Shown one piece after another: positions 39,345-49,628 of a DNA stretch of 64,000 nucleotides. The position numbers were made by a program, and so were the translations under genes. Positions within the stretch are counted from its first letter, which is position 1. Each line of letters opens with the position of its first letter. Source of the stretch: Candidatus Heimdallarchaeota archaeon (GTDB taxonomy: Archaea; Asgardarchaeota; Heimdallarchaeia; Heimdallarchaeales; Heimdallarchaeaceae); NCBI GenBank assembly GCA_018238545.1, contig JABCTC010000015.1, positions 1 to 64,000 of the forward strand. The letters run 5' to 3'. The notes below the pieces were generated by a model. The model had not been told where the DNA came from, searched no databases, and saw only the letters and a program-made list of their open reading frames with translations.

Positions 39345-41291
39345 ATGAAAGTAAGAAGAATTTTAGGATTTATTCTAATATTATATCTTACTTTAAATGT
39401 AAATGTAATAAAAACCAATAGAACAAATCTCGTTCTTCTAAAAATTGATAATCTCCAAACTCAGAGCAATGAACTAACAATATCACTTCAAACTAGTTCA
39501 CTAATTTTAGATGATGACTCAGATTTCATCGCTCTTAACTTACCCGGAAGTGGAACAGAGGGAGATCCTTATGTAATAGAAAACTATCAAATATCCACCA
39601 CCGATAGAGTACCAGGCATTGATATTCGAAAAACAACAAAGCATTTCATTATTCGAAATTGCAAAATTGAAACCGATAGCTGGGGTATTATTGTTAGTGA
39701 AATAGCACCAAATACAGCTTCAATCATGAACAATGAATTGCTAAATAATGATTACACGGCGATTAGTGTCTACAAATCCCCTGGAATTACAATCTCTAAT
39801 AATAATTTTAAAAATAATGATGAAGCCATATTGTTAAAAAAATCAAGCTATTCAGTTATTAGCAATAACTCATTTGAAGGAAATTGGGCTGCATTAACCA
39901 TATCTGGCACAGATTCATGTAATATAGAAAAGAACTTCTTTACTTCAAACGTAAACTCAATGAGTATTACAGCAGTTACAGATTTTATTATCAAGGATAA
40001 TGTACTTTTGAATAATACAAGAAATGGAATAAACCTATATTCTTCAGATAATACTTTGGTTTTGAATAATACATGTAGTGATAGTGGATGGCAAGGAATC
40101 CTAGTACGACAGTCACTATTTGTTACATTAAACGACAATTCTCTTACTAATGACGGTATTTTGATAGATAATTATTCAGCAGAATATGGTAGTCTCTCAA
40201 ATAATCAAGTCAACTCTAAAATTCTTGGTTTTTTCAACAATAAGGATGATTTAGAAATAACGGATCCTATTTATGGTCAGTTAATTCTTTTAGATTGTAA
40301 AAGGGGATATATTACTAATCAAATTCTATCAAATGCAAGTGTAGGCATCACACTCTACAATAGTGAGAAAACTATCATTATCAATAATACTTGTAATAAT
40401 AATGATGGTGATGGAATCAAAATTTATGATTCAGATGAATGCTTAGTTAGTAACAACACTTGTATTAATAATGAAAGAGGAATTAGTATTGCCAACTCCA
40501 ATTATTGTAATGTTTCGAAAAATGCCTTGGTTGGAAATTGGCAGAGCATAGAATTTCAACATTCAAATTCAGGCGAGATTAACTTTAACAAGTGTTTACT
40601 AAACAAAAACCATGGAATAACGGTGATGTATTCAGAATCTTTTTTTGTGAACAATAACAATTGTTCAGATAACCATAATATAGGCATTCAAATAATAGAT
40701 TCAAGATATTTTGTTGTGGCTAATAATTCATGTATAAACAATAATAATGACGGAATTTACGTCCCAATAGCAAGCTATTGCATTATCTACAACAATTTCT
40801 GCAAAAATAACACAAATGGCATATATGTTGGTCATTCTGGAGAAAGCTGGATACCTGAATATGTGCCTCCACCCCCAGCTGCATATTTTGAAATAGTTGC
40901 AAATCAGCTTCAAGAGAATAGAGAATACGGAGTTTATCTTGATCGAATGACAGAGGATAACAATATTCACCACAATTCATTTGTCAATAATAGTGAGGAA
41001 GGAATAGCACAAGGGTATGATAGTGGAGAGGGGAATATATGGTTTGATAAAAAGACAAATGAAGGCAATTATTGGTCTAATCATAATGGAGTTGGAACGT
41101 ATAAAATTGCAGGAGAAGCTAATTCAATTGACCAATACCCATTAATAGAGCCAAAAAATATAGAAATGCCAGAGATTCCATCAAATTGGACAACTTACCG
41201 TACTAAATTAAATCCGCAAATAATATGCATAGGAATAGTAGCATTAGTATTATTACGGCGCAGAAAATCAAAGATTAGCAAAGAAATATAA
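39345..41291 (+). CDS. Surface right-handed parallel beta-helix (NosD/CASH) protein
   Basis: Asn-rich NN..GI repeats, GNYWS, DQYPL; signal peptide and C-terminal TM with basic tail. Confidence 0.88.
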   Translation: MKVRRILGFILILYLTLNVNVIKTNRTNLVLLKIDNLQTQSNELTISLQTSSLILDDDSDFIALNLPGSGTEGDPYVIENYQISTTDRVPGIDIRKTTKHFIIRNCKIETDSWGIIVSEIAPNTASIMNNELLNNDYTAISVYKSPGITISNNNFKNNDEAILLKKSSYSVISNNSFEGNWAALTISGTDSCNIEKNFFTSNVNSMSITAVTDFIIKDNVLLNNTRNGINLYSSDNTLVLNNTCSDSGWQGILVRQSLFVTLNDNSLTNDGILIDNYSAEYGSLSNNQVNSKILGFFNNKDDLEITDPIYGQLILLDCKRGYITNQILSNASVGITLYNSEKTIIINNTCNNNDGDGIKIYDSDECLVSNNTCINNERGISIANSNYCNVSKNALVGNWQSIEFQHSNSGEINFNKCLLNKNHGITVMYSESFFVNNNNCSDNHNIGIQIIDSRYFVVANNSCINNNNDGIYVPIASYCIIYNNFCKNNTNGIYVGHSGESWIPEYVPPPPAAYFEIVANQLQENREYGVYLDRMTEDNNIHHNSFVNNSEEGIAQGYDSGEGNIWFDKKTNEGNYWSNHNGVGTYKIAGEANSIDQYPLIEPKNIEMPEIPSNWTTYRTKLNPQIICIGIVALVLLRRRKSKISKEI

Positions 41292-41431
41292 GTGTAGCCG
41301 ATACATCAATCCTAATTTTGCAAACTGTTAGAATGCCTTTGCCATTTGAGAAGCGAGGAGATTGTTACTATAATACGTCAAGGAGGTATGGTGAGATTTG
41401 AATCTCAAATCTATATTTATCAGTTTTAAAC

Positions 41432-42649
41432 CTAATTTGGTTTATAACAGAAAGGATACACCACATATCCTCCTACCCCACCCACACTCCGCATAGGAAG
41501 TGCTTGTGGATCGCTTTTCAACAAAATATTATAGGCAACGTTTACATCAGCATTTATTCGTACCCCATTTGCTGATTGAAATACACCTCTTTTGATTCTC
41601 TTTCCTTTATAGATAGTGTGTTTCTTTATTGGTTCATTATCTAAGAAACTGCATTTGGAAGTATAATTCTCTTCGATAAGTACTACTTTGATTCCTTTTT
41701 CTTCTGCTTTGTAAGTTATTTTTTCAATTAGCTCTAGAAAAGGAATCTGAACAAAAAGTTGATTGAATTTTCTTCCAAAATTTATTCTTTGCTTCCAGTT
41801 CTTATTATATCCAATTACCAATGTCCCAATACTTTTTTTGCTGCATTCTTGGATTATGAAACTACTTAGTTTATGAAGTTGATTCAACTTCTTAAGCTCA
41901 AACTTTCTCTTTAGTTGATGAAATTTCTTTCCATTCGTGCTTAGGTTAGAACTATAGCAGCGTGAAAGTTCAGATGATTTCTTATTGAAATACTGTACAA
42001 TTGATTTTATTCCTTTACCATTATCTTTGACAATAATTGGTCTAGATCCAATATTGTCTACTAAAGTTATAATGTTAAGGTATCCTAAATCGATTGCAGC
42101 TTTTCTGCTGCTTGGAAGGCTAATAATTGTTAGTTTCTTCTGATAAATAATTTCAATAGTATAACCCACACCTTTTGGAACGACTCTAACTTGCTTTAAT
42201 TGTACATCTTCATTAAATCTAGTTTTAACTGTAAAATTGACTTTTTTTGGTAACTTTAAGGTACCATCTTTGCGTATGCGGGCTTGATTTGCAGTAAATG
42301 TTGCAGTAAACTGTCCATTTGCTGATTTGTATTTAGGTATTTTTGGTTTTGTTTGACCTCTTGAAGGATTATGAGTGTATTTTTTGTTAAGTTTAAAGAA
42401 CGATGTCCAGTTTTCTCTTAATCTTCTCAATGTTTGTTGAGCTGTGTGTCCTGGCAAATTCGTATATTCCTTACTGTTTTTCATCAAATCCCAAAGATCA
42501 ATATAACTTGAAACAAAGCCTTTTTTTGTAAACTCTTGTCTTAGTAGATAATTGGCTTTATTGTACAAATCCTTGACTGAACGACATAAATTACTTAGTT
42601 CGACACTTTGTTTAACTTCAATACGTTCTGTTCGATAACAGTATGTCAT
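41432..42649 (-). mobile_element. tnpB: TnpB RNA-guided nuclease, IS200/IS605-family element without tnpA
   Basis: LYNKANY, AQQTL, RuvC-I AIDLG, VIGYNKNWKQ, EENYTSK, NADVNVAYNI. Confidence 0.92.
41454..41503 (-). ncRNA. Putative omega-RNA hairpins in second tnpB 3' end; true boundaries unknown
   Basis: GCACUUC/GGAGUGU and GGAUAU/GUAUCC hairpins, covarying with the first copy. Confidence 0.55.
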
Positions 42650-42699
42650 TCAATAACCATATAGCAGTTCGATATATAATATCAAAAATAAGTGTGGTG

Positions 42700-42777
42700 T
42701 GGTGGGGTGGGGCGGATTCGAACCGCCGACTTTCTCCACGTCAAGGAGATATCATAACCGAGCTAGATCACCACCCC
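42700..42777 (-). tRNA. tRNA-Val(GAC)
   Basis: GGGGTGG acceptor, TCTCC-TT-GAC-GT-GGAGA anticodon arm, GGTTCGAATCC, encoded CCA. Confidence 0.97.
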
Positions 42778-43137
42778 TTTTGGTAATGTTTTCGCTCGTT
42801 CTTTTCAGTTTTACTTTCTTTAAATATTTTTTGTTATCAATCTACTTAAGATAATTAACTAAAATTTCACCCTTTTTTGGAAGATGAATCAAAAACAAAT
42901 GTGTCTTGTTAAAAATGATTTCAATTAAAGACAAACATTTAACTTTTCAGTTCCATAGAGTTATGGCTTAAAACAAGAGTGTTCAAGGATGTTCAGAAAA
43001 AATTCATTTCATTCTTCTACAAAATTTATTCCAATGATTGTATTGATTCATCTAAATCGAGACAACATTTATAAAAACTTCAACGAGAGTTAAACAACGA
43101 ATAGATAATCTGTTCATACACACTCGAGTGATTTATT

Positions 43138-45744
43138 ATGGATAAAAGTGTAGCACTTTCACTTAAAATTATCGGAGCAATCCTATTATTCTCAGCAGCA
43201 TTTATACCGTTATACAGCATTGCATTTGATTCTACAACAAATGAACCAGAGCCAATAGTTGCATCAGCTACCTTCAGTATTGCAGGTGGAGCAAATGATG
43301 TCTTCTACAAGGATGGTATGATTTATATTGCTGATGCGAATGCAGGTATGCTCATTTTTAATGCATCCAACCCAACTTCCCCTAGTTTATCAGGGACTTA
43401 TACTACTGCTGGAGACAGTAAAGGAATATATGTTGAAGACGGGTACGCATATGTAACAGACACACTTACAGGATTATTGATTGTTAATGTTACGATTGCA
43501 TCAAGTCCAATATTGGCAGGATATTATAATCTCACAGGAGGAGGTAATGAAGTATACGTAAAAGATGGATACGCATACGTAACAGCTGATACAGGACTAA
43601 CAATTTTAAATGTAACAGATGTAACAAATCCAACGTTTGAAGGAAGTTACGAAACAACAGGCATAGCACAAGATGTTTTCATTTATGGGGGTTGTGCGTT
43701 TATTCTAGATGAGACAAGTCTAGTAATATTGAATGTAACAGATGTAACAAATCCAACATTTGAAGGAAATTACAATACAAATGGTGTTGCTAATGATTTC
43801 GTCATACAAGGAGGGGTTGCTTTCATTGTCGGCGAAAGTTTTGGTTTATCAATACTAAATGTAACAGATGTAACTGCACCAGTTTTGATGGGTAGTCATG
43901 ATTTAGCTGGAGATGGAGAGGGTATATTTATTGAAAATGGATATGCATTTGTCACCGATGCTGAAACAGGATTACAGATTATTTCTGTAGAGGATCCAAC
44001 AAGCCCTGAACTGAAAGCATCGTATGATATAGCAGGAGTACCCAATAGCATTTACATTGTTAATGAATACGCTTACATTGTAGACGACAGTACAGGATTG
44101 TTAATATTCCACGTTAGACCAAGGGTAAACACCGATACCGCAGGGAATCTTGTTCAAGTTATGGGTTTCAGTATTCAATATAGAACCCTCACTTACAATT
44201 CTACAGGATACTCAGCAGATGCTCAACTTCTTAGTGGAGAAGTTCCTGCTAGTGTTGTGATTCTATCTGCAATTATCTGGTTCTTATTGGTATTTGCATT
44301 ATTATTTACAGTCTTAGGTCAAGTTTTCCAAAGTGGGGGCTTTAAGTCAAGAGGTCTAACTGCAGACATTGTTGCAGTAATATTATTGCTTAGTGGATTA
44401 ATTGCGGCGATAATTGCGATGAATCGCTCGCTGTACATTTCTGCAGATACCTACGTAGCAATAGTAGATGGTCAAACAGCATTATCATCTGCACCATTAA
44501 CATTTAATCCAAATGACAGTTCTCCTTCCTTCTTTAATATTGAGTTAAACGGATCTATTGGTGCTGGTTTCTATCTATTTACTATCGGAATAATAGTGCT
44601 TGTAACAGGAATATTTTTACCTGTTAACTGGCAAAAACCAATTAGTTCTGAAAAAGTAAGAAAAATGGGAGAAACAGGCATTGTCAAATGGATAAAGAAT
44701 GTTGCTAACTTGCGTTTAACAACATATGTTGCCCGTCGTCTAATAACTCTTATTCCGCTATTTATTGCAGTTTGTGTTCTGACGTTTGTAATGGTAAGCG
44801 GTTTAGGTGACCCAGTAGCTTTACTGTTACTTGGAAAACAAAGAACTACAGAACAGGATCGAATAAATCTAACGCGAAAATTAGGGTTAGATCAACCAAT
44901 CTATGTACAGTTCATTATGTGGTTCTACAACCTCTTACATGGAGACATGGGGGACAGTTTCCAATCAGGTCAAGCAATAAACAACATGATTGGTGGTTTA
45001 GTCTGGGAAACACTAAAATTACAATTATTAGCATTTGTACTATCATTGGTTGTCTCCATCCCATTAGGAGTTTTAGCAGCTAATAATCATAACACATGGA
45101 TTGACTCAATGTCAAGCTCACTTGCATTGTTAGGACAATCAATGCCCATATTTGTCTTTGGGTTAATCCTAATCTACATCTTCAGTGGTTATGGATTAGG
45201 ATGGTTCCCAGCAGCAAAAGCTCATAGAGTACCAACACCAACACCAGTATTCAGTGGCACGAATTGGGACTTATTCTGGGGCGGAGAATGGGCAACGTGG
45301 TGGGGCAATCTCACCTTGAGACTAGGTGACTCTCTCATGCATATGGCTCTTCCAACAGTTACATTGTTGTTCAACTTCATGGCAATATATACAAGATTAG
45401 TAAGATCAACTATGTTAGAAGTATTGAGACAAGACTTTATCTTAGCCGCAAGAGCTAATGGTATATCTGAGAGAATCATTACATGGAAACATGCTTTCAG
45501 AAACACATTGGTTCCAGTCGTTACCTATGTAGGGTTGTTTTTGGCTACAGCATTAGCTGGAGCTCCTATTACAGAAACACTCTTCACATGGCCAGGACTA
45601 GGATTCAAATATGTATCAGCTATCAGTCTTCTCGACTTCCCGATGATACTCGGCACGGTAGCAATACTGACGATACTAATTCTGTTAGGGAATCTAATAA
45701 CTGATATAATCTACGTGGCGGTAGATCCAAGAATCGAATTGTAG
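43138..45744 (+). CDS. Peptide ABC permease (OppB/DppB) fused to N-terminal LVIVD-repeat beta-propeller
   Basis: About 6-7 YAYV.D...GL.I.NV..P repeats, extra TMs, then RRL..., GDP, GLDQP, RSTMLEVLRQDFILAARANG (EAA loop), DPRI. Confidence 0.9.
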   Translation: MDKSVALSLKIIGAILLFSAAFIPLYSIAFDSTTNEPEPIVASATFSIAGGANDVFYKDGMIYIADANAGMLIFNASNPTSPSLSGTYTTAGDSKGIYVEDGYAYVTDTLTGLLIVNVTIASSPILAGYYNLTGGGNEVYVKDGYAYVTADTGLTILNVTDVTNPTFEGSYETTGIAQDVFIYGGCAFILDETSLVILNVTDVTNPTFEGNYNTNGVANDFVIQGGVAFIVGESFGLSILNVTDVTAPVLMGSHDLAGDGEGIFIENGYAFVTDAETGLQIISVEDPTSPELKASYDIAGVPNSIYIVNEYAYIVDDSTGLLIFHVRPRVNTDTAGNLVQVMGFSIQYRTLTYNSTGYSADAQLLSGEVPASVVILSAIIWFLLVFALLFTVLGQVFQSGGFKSRGLTADIVAVILLLSGLIAAIIAMNRSLYISADTYVAIVDGQTALSSAPLTFNPNDSSPSFFNIELNGSIGAGFYLFTIGIIVLVTGIFLPVNWQKPISSEKVRKMGETGIVKWIKNVANLRLTTYVARRLITLIPLFIAVCVLTFVMVSGLGDPVALLLLGKQRTTEQDRINLTRKLGLDQPIYVQFIMWFYNLLHGDMGDSFQSGQAINNMIGGLVWETLKLQLLAFVLSLVVSIPLGVLAANNHNTWIDSMSSSLALLGQSMPIFVFGLILIYIFSGYGLGWFPAAKAHRVPTPTPVFSGTNWDLFWGGEWATWWGNLTLRLGDSLMHMALPTVTLLFNFMAIYTRLVRSTMLEVLRQDFILAARANGISERIITWKHAFRNTLVPVVTYVGLFLATALAGAPITETLFTWPGLGFKYVSAISLLDFPMILGTVAILTILILLGNLITDIIYVAVDPRIEL
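43609..43768 (+). repeat. Near-identical 37-nt intragenic repeat in LVIVD blades (43609-43645 and 43732-43768)
   Basis: AATGTAACAGATGTAACAAATCCAAC(G/A)TTTGAAGGAA twice, 123 nt apart; partial third copy near 43858. Confidence 0.8.
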
Positions 45745-45760
45745 ATAAGGTGGTCAAAAA

Positions 45761-46858
45761 ATGCAGAAAGTAGAAATAAAAAGACAAAAGTTCGGAGAAA
45801 CTTTGGACACTTATATGAGAGAAAAGAGACTACCAAAATCTATGGTTTGGGCTGGTTTTATTGCCTGTATATTCATTGCTATCATTGGCTTCTTTAAAAA
45901 GCTAAGACAGCTAGTTAGAGGAAAAGACACAGTAATCATATCTAAGGACGGAACATTGAGAGAGAGAAGTCCATCTCAATGGTCACTAGTATGGGGAAGA
46001 TATAAGAAAAATAGAATTGCTACACTATCAGCTATTTTAGTGATTGGTGTAATTACAATGGCTATTTTCTACCCTATCTTAATGCCATTTAGTCCAATAG
46101 GAACAACACCATTGTTCGATGCATGGAATGGAGGAGGATCTCTTTCCAACCCCAATCTTAAGTACCCGGGTGGAACAGATATTTTAGGAAGAGATGAATT
46201 CTCAAGACTATTAGCAGGCAGTGAAGTATCTCTAACTGTCGGTCTGTTTTCAAGTGTCCTATCAGTAGCCATAGGAGTTACCTTGGGAGCATTAGCTGGA
46301 TACTATAGAGGATGGACAGAAGAAGTCATCATGAGAATCACAGACATGTTCCTCGCACTACCCTTTTTAGTTATAGCAATCCTTGCTGTTTCTTTCATCA
46401 GAAGAGGAAGATTAGTATTCCTTCGTCAAATACCACAATCAATTGTTATTATTCTTGTACTAGGAATATTTGGATGGGCGGGTCTAACGAGACTTGTAAA
46501 TGCAAATACGAAGCAGATTTATAATCTAGATTATGTAAATGCTGCAAGAGTACTTGGTGCAAGTAACCGGAGAATAATTATGGTACACATTATACCAAAT
46601 ATCTTAGCTCCAATAATTGTAATTGCAACACTAAACATTGCAGGGGGAATCTTGGCAGAGGCAGGATTAACATTTCTTGGTTTAGGAAGTCCGACGACAA
46701 TATCGTGGGGGCAGATGGTAAATGATGCACAAACAGTGCTGAAAACGAATCCAGAATTAGCATTACTACCAGGTTTTGCGATATTCTTTGTAGTATTAGC
46801 GTTCAACCTACTAGGCGATGCATTAAGGGACGCACTAGACCCAAGATTGAGAGAGTAG
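45761..46858 (+). CDS. oppC: Peptide ABC permease OppC/DppC
   Basis: GTDILGRD, YVNAARVLGAS, HIIPN, EAGLTFLGLG, GDALRDALDPR. Confidence 0.93.
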   Translation: MQKVEIKRQKFGETLDTYMREKRLPKSMVWAGFIACIFIAIIGFFKKLRQLVRGKDTVIISKDGTLRERSPSQWSLVWGRYKKNRIATLSAILVIGVITMAIFYPILMPFSPIGTTPLFDAWNGGGSLSNPNLKYPGGTDILGRDEFSRLLAGSEVSLTVGLFSSVLSVAIGVTLGALAGYYRGWTEEVIMRITDMFLALPFLVIAILAVSFIRRGRLVFLRQIPQSIVIILVLGIFGWAGLTRLVNANTKQIYNLDYVNAARVLGASNRRIIMVHIIPNILAPIIVIATLNIAGGILAEAGLTFLGLGSPTTISWGQMVNDAQTVLKTNPELALLPGFAIFFVVLAFNLLGDALRDALDPRLRE

Positions 46859-47899
46859 ATGAAAATGGTAAAGCCAATACTAGACGCGCAGGATATTTAC
46901 ACTTATTTTTATACAGAATCTGGAGTGGTAGAAGCACTAGATGGGGTATCTTTTGATGTTCATCAAGGAGAACCGGTAGGAATTGTAGGAGAATCAGGCT
47001 GTGGAAAAACAGTAACAGCGAAATCAACTCTGAGAATTCTTGACAAAAACGGTAAAACAGTAGCAGGTAAAATTCTCTACAAAGGAGTAGATCTGCTAGC
47101 TCTTCCAGATTTGCAAATGAGAAAAATAAGGGGAAAGGAAATAGCAATGATATTCCAAGACCCAATGACAAGTCTAAATCCAATATTCAAAATAGATGAC
47201 CAGATGACAGAGGTAATAGCGCTACATAGAAACTGTAGTAAAAAGGAAGCGTTGGAATATGCAATAGAAGCATTGGAACAAGTAGGAATAGCAGACGCAG
47301 CAGCAAGAGTGAAAGATTATCCACATCAATTCTCGGGTGGACAAAGACAAAGGGTGCTGATAGCAAGAGCTCTAGCACTCCAACCAAGCCTTCTGATCGC
47401 CGACGAACCAACGACGGCCTTAGACGTTACCATTCAGGCTCAAATCCTCGAACTTATCAAGGATATGCAAAAGAAGCACGGTCTCGCTATGATGCTTATC
47501 ACTCACAATCTCGGTGTCGTCGCTGAAACCACCAAACGTGTTCACATCTTCTACGGCGGTCGAGTCGTCGAGTCAGGTCCAACTGAAGACATCTTCATTG
47601 ACCCAAAACACCCTTACACTCGTGCTCTTTTCGACTCTATCCCAAGTCTCGAAAAAGATAAGCATCGTTTAGCCACCATTCCTGGACTCGTACCAAGACT
47701 GATCAATCCTCCCAAGGGTTGTCGGTTTCATCCTCGTTGTAAGTTCGCTACTGAAATCTGTATGCGTGAACGTCCTCCTGATGTTATTATCGATAAACAA
47801 AAAGCTCGCCGTGTTCAATGTCACCACTTTGATGAATTAGATTTACATGTTGATGAATTGACTATGAACGAAAGAACACACATTAAAGAGGAGGCCTAA
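46859..47899 (+). CDS. oppD: Peptide ABC ATPase OppD/DppD
   Basis: [34 protein letters not shown]. Confidence 0.95.
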   Translation: MKMVKPILDAQDIYTYFYTESGVVEALDGVSFDVHQGEPVGIVGESGCGKTVTAKSTLRILDKNGKTVAGKILYKGVDLLALPDLQMRKIRGKEIAMIFQDPMTSLNPIFKIDDQMTEVIALHRNCSKKEALEYAIEALEQVGIADAAARVKDYPHQFSGGQRQRVLIARALALQPSLLIADEPTTALDVTIQAQILELIKDMQKKHGLAMMLITHNLGVVAETTKRVHIFYGGRVVESGPTEDIFIDPKHPYTRALFDSIPSLEKDKHRLATIPGLVPRLINPPKGCRFHPRCKFATEICMRERPPDVIIDKQKARRVQCHHFDELDLHVDELTMNERTHIKEEA

Positions 47900-47904
47900 T
47901 TACG

Positions 47905-48945
47905 ATGGTAAGTACTTTAAAAGAATATGAAACAGTAGATATGTTTTCTGAATGGAATCCTAAAACCGAACCGATTATCGATCTCATCAATTTGAAGAAA
48001 TGGTTCCCCATTAGCGAGCAATCTATTCTCTTTTCCAGAGTTGTTGCTCAAATTAAAGCTGTTGATGGAGTTAATCTCTTCTTGAACAAAGGAGAAACTC
48101 TTGGACTTGTAGGTGAATCTGGTTGTGGAAAAAGCACCACCGCTAGAGTTACTGTTAAACTTGAAGAACCCACAGAGGGATCTATTTACTTCAAAGGAAT
48201 AGATATTTTCCAACCTATGACAAGGGAAGAAGAATTATCGATTAAACGACAATTACAAATGGTTTTTCAAGATCCTTATTCCAGCTTGAATCCAAGAAGA
48301 ATGGTTCTTGATCTTATCAAAGAACCTTTTGACATTCATTTTCCTGATATGACCTATGAGGAAAAAGAAACCAGAGTTCTTGAAATTCTTGCAAAAGTAG
48401 GATTAGAAGATTACCATGCTTTGCGTTATCCTCACGAATTTAGCGGAGGTCAAAGGCAGAGGATAGGCATTGCAAGAGCTTTAGCTATCCATCCTGAAGT
48501 AGTTTTACTAGATGAACCAGTAAGTGCACTCGACGTCTCAGTTCAAGCTCAGATACTCAACCTTCTCCATGATTTGCAGATAGAATTTAATCTGACTTAC
48601 ATGTTTATTGCACATGATTTGAGTGTTATCAAACACGTTTCTGACCGTGTAGCTGTCATGTATCTAGGTAAAATCATGGAAATGTCACCAACTGGAGAAC
48701 TGTTCAGAAAAACAGCTCATCCATATGCAGTATCACTTCTATCAGCAATTCCAAGACCTGACCCACGTATAAAAATGGATAGAATCATCTTAGAAGGAGA
48801 TGTTCCAAGTCCAATTAATCCTCCATCAGGATGTCCATTCCACCCAAGATGTTACAAAGCACAAGAAATATGTTCGAAGGTAACACCAGTTTTGGAAGAA
48901 TTGGACCCAAATCATTTCGTGGCATGCCACTTTCCAGAAATATAA
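47905..48945 (+). CDS. oppF: Peptide ABC ATPase OppF/DppF
   Basis: [38 protein letters not shown]. Confidence 0.95.
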   Translation: MVSTLKEYETVDMFSEWNPKTEPIIDLINLKKWFPISEQSILFSRVVAQIKAVDGVNLFLNKGETLGLVGESGCGKSTTARVTVKLEEPTEGSIYFKGIDIFQPMTREEELSIKRQLQMVFQDPYSSLNPRRMVLDLIKEPFDIHFPDMTYEEKETRVLEILAKVGLEDYHALRYPHEFSGGQRQRIGIARALAIHPEVVLLDEPVSALDVSVQAQILNLLHDLQIEFNLTYMFIAHDLSVIKHVSDRVAVMYLGKIMEMSPTGELFRKTAHPYAVSLLSAIPRPDPRIKMDRIILEGDVPSPINPPSGCPFHPRCYKAQEICSKVTPVLEELDPNHFVACHFPEI

Positions 48946-48978
48946 TTTCTCTTTTTTCTTTCTTTTTATTCTTATTTT
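48946..48978 (+). terminator. Archaeal oligo-T terminator after the ABC operon
   Basis: TTTCTCTTTTTTCTTTCTTTTTATT immediately after the oppF stop. Confidence 0.5.
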
Positions 48979-49042
48979 GTAAAATACTCTAATGGTGCTA
49001 CAAGGTAAAATATTTATCTTCTATATCTTCTGTGAACAAATC

Positions 49043-49627
49043 ATGCTAGCAAGTCAGTATTTTAAGAAACGGACCTATGGATTCAGAAGTTTTTTCCATG
49101 ATGCATTCAAAGTAATGAAAAGCTCCTCCCAAATTCGAGAAGTAATGAGATCCAGTAGAATAAGCGAACAATTCAGAGAGAGGATTATGCTGGCTGTTAC
49201 TGCTGTCTATGGTTGCATATATTGCGAATGGACACATACTAAAGCTGCATTAAGTTCTGGATGTGCAGAAGAAGAAATTGTCGATATTATGGAAAATGAT
49301 TTTGGTTCATGTGATCCAGAAGAAATTATAGCTCTAGCTTTCGCACAACACTATGCAGAAACAAATGGAAATCCAACTGATGAAGCATGGAATAAACTTG
49401 TTGAACAATATAGTAATCAAAAAGCAAATGACATTGTTTTGTTTATCAAAATGGTTACCGTGGGTAATTTGTTGGGTAACACGGTTGAAGCATTTAGAAG
49501 TAGATTCAAAGGAAAACCACCAGAAAATGGATCATTATTATTTGAATTATTTATCTATGTGTTTGGTTGGCCATTCATCCTAATTTTGAATAGGAAAATA
49601 AAGAAGAAAATAAAACGAATTGATTGA
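49043..49627 (+). CDS. Carboxymuconolactone decarboxylase / AhpD family protein
   Basis: RERIMLAVTAVYGCIYCEWTH (CxxC); ATG at 49043 preferred. Confidence 0.88.
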   Translation: MLASQYFKKRTYGFRSFFHDAFKVMKSSSQIREVMRSSRISEQFRERIMLAVTAVYGCIYCEWTHTKAALSSGCAEEEIVDIMENDFGSCDPEEIIALAFAQHYAETNGNPTDEAWNKLVEQYSNQKANDIVLFIKMVTVGNLLGNTVEAFRSRFKGKPPENGSLLFELFIYVFGWPFILILNRKIKKKIKRID

Positions 49628-49628
49628 A

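Noticed and set aside
27629-42649. Cas12f / CRISPR locus
   Set aside because: No repeat-spacer array or cas1/cas2 seen anywhere in the window; both proteins have TnpB features
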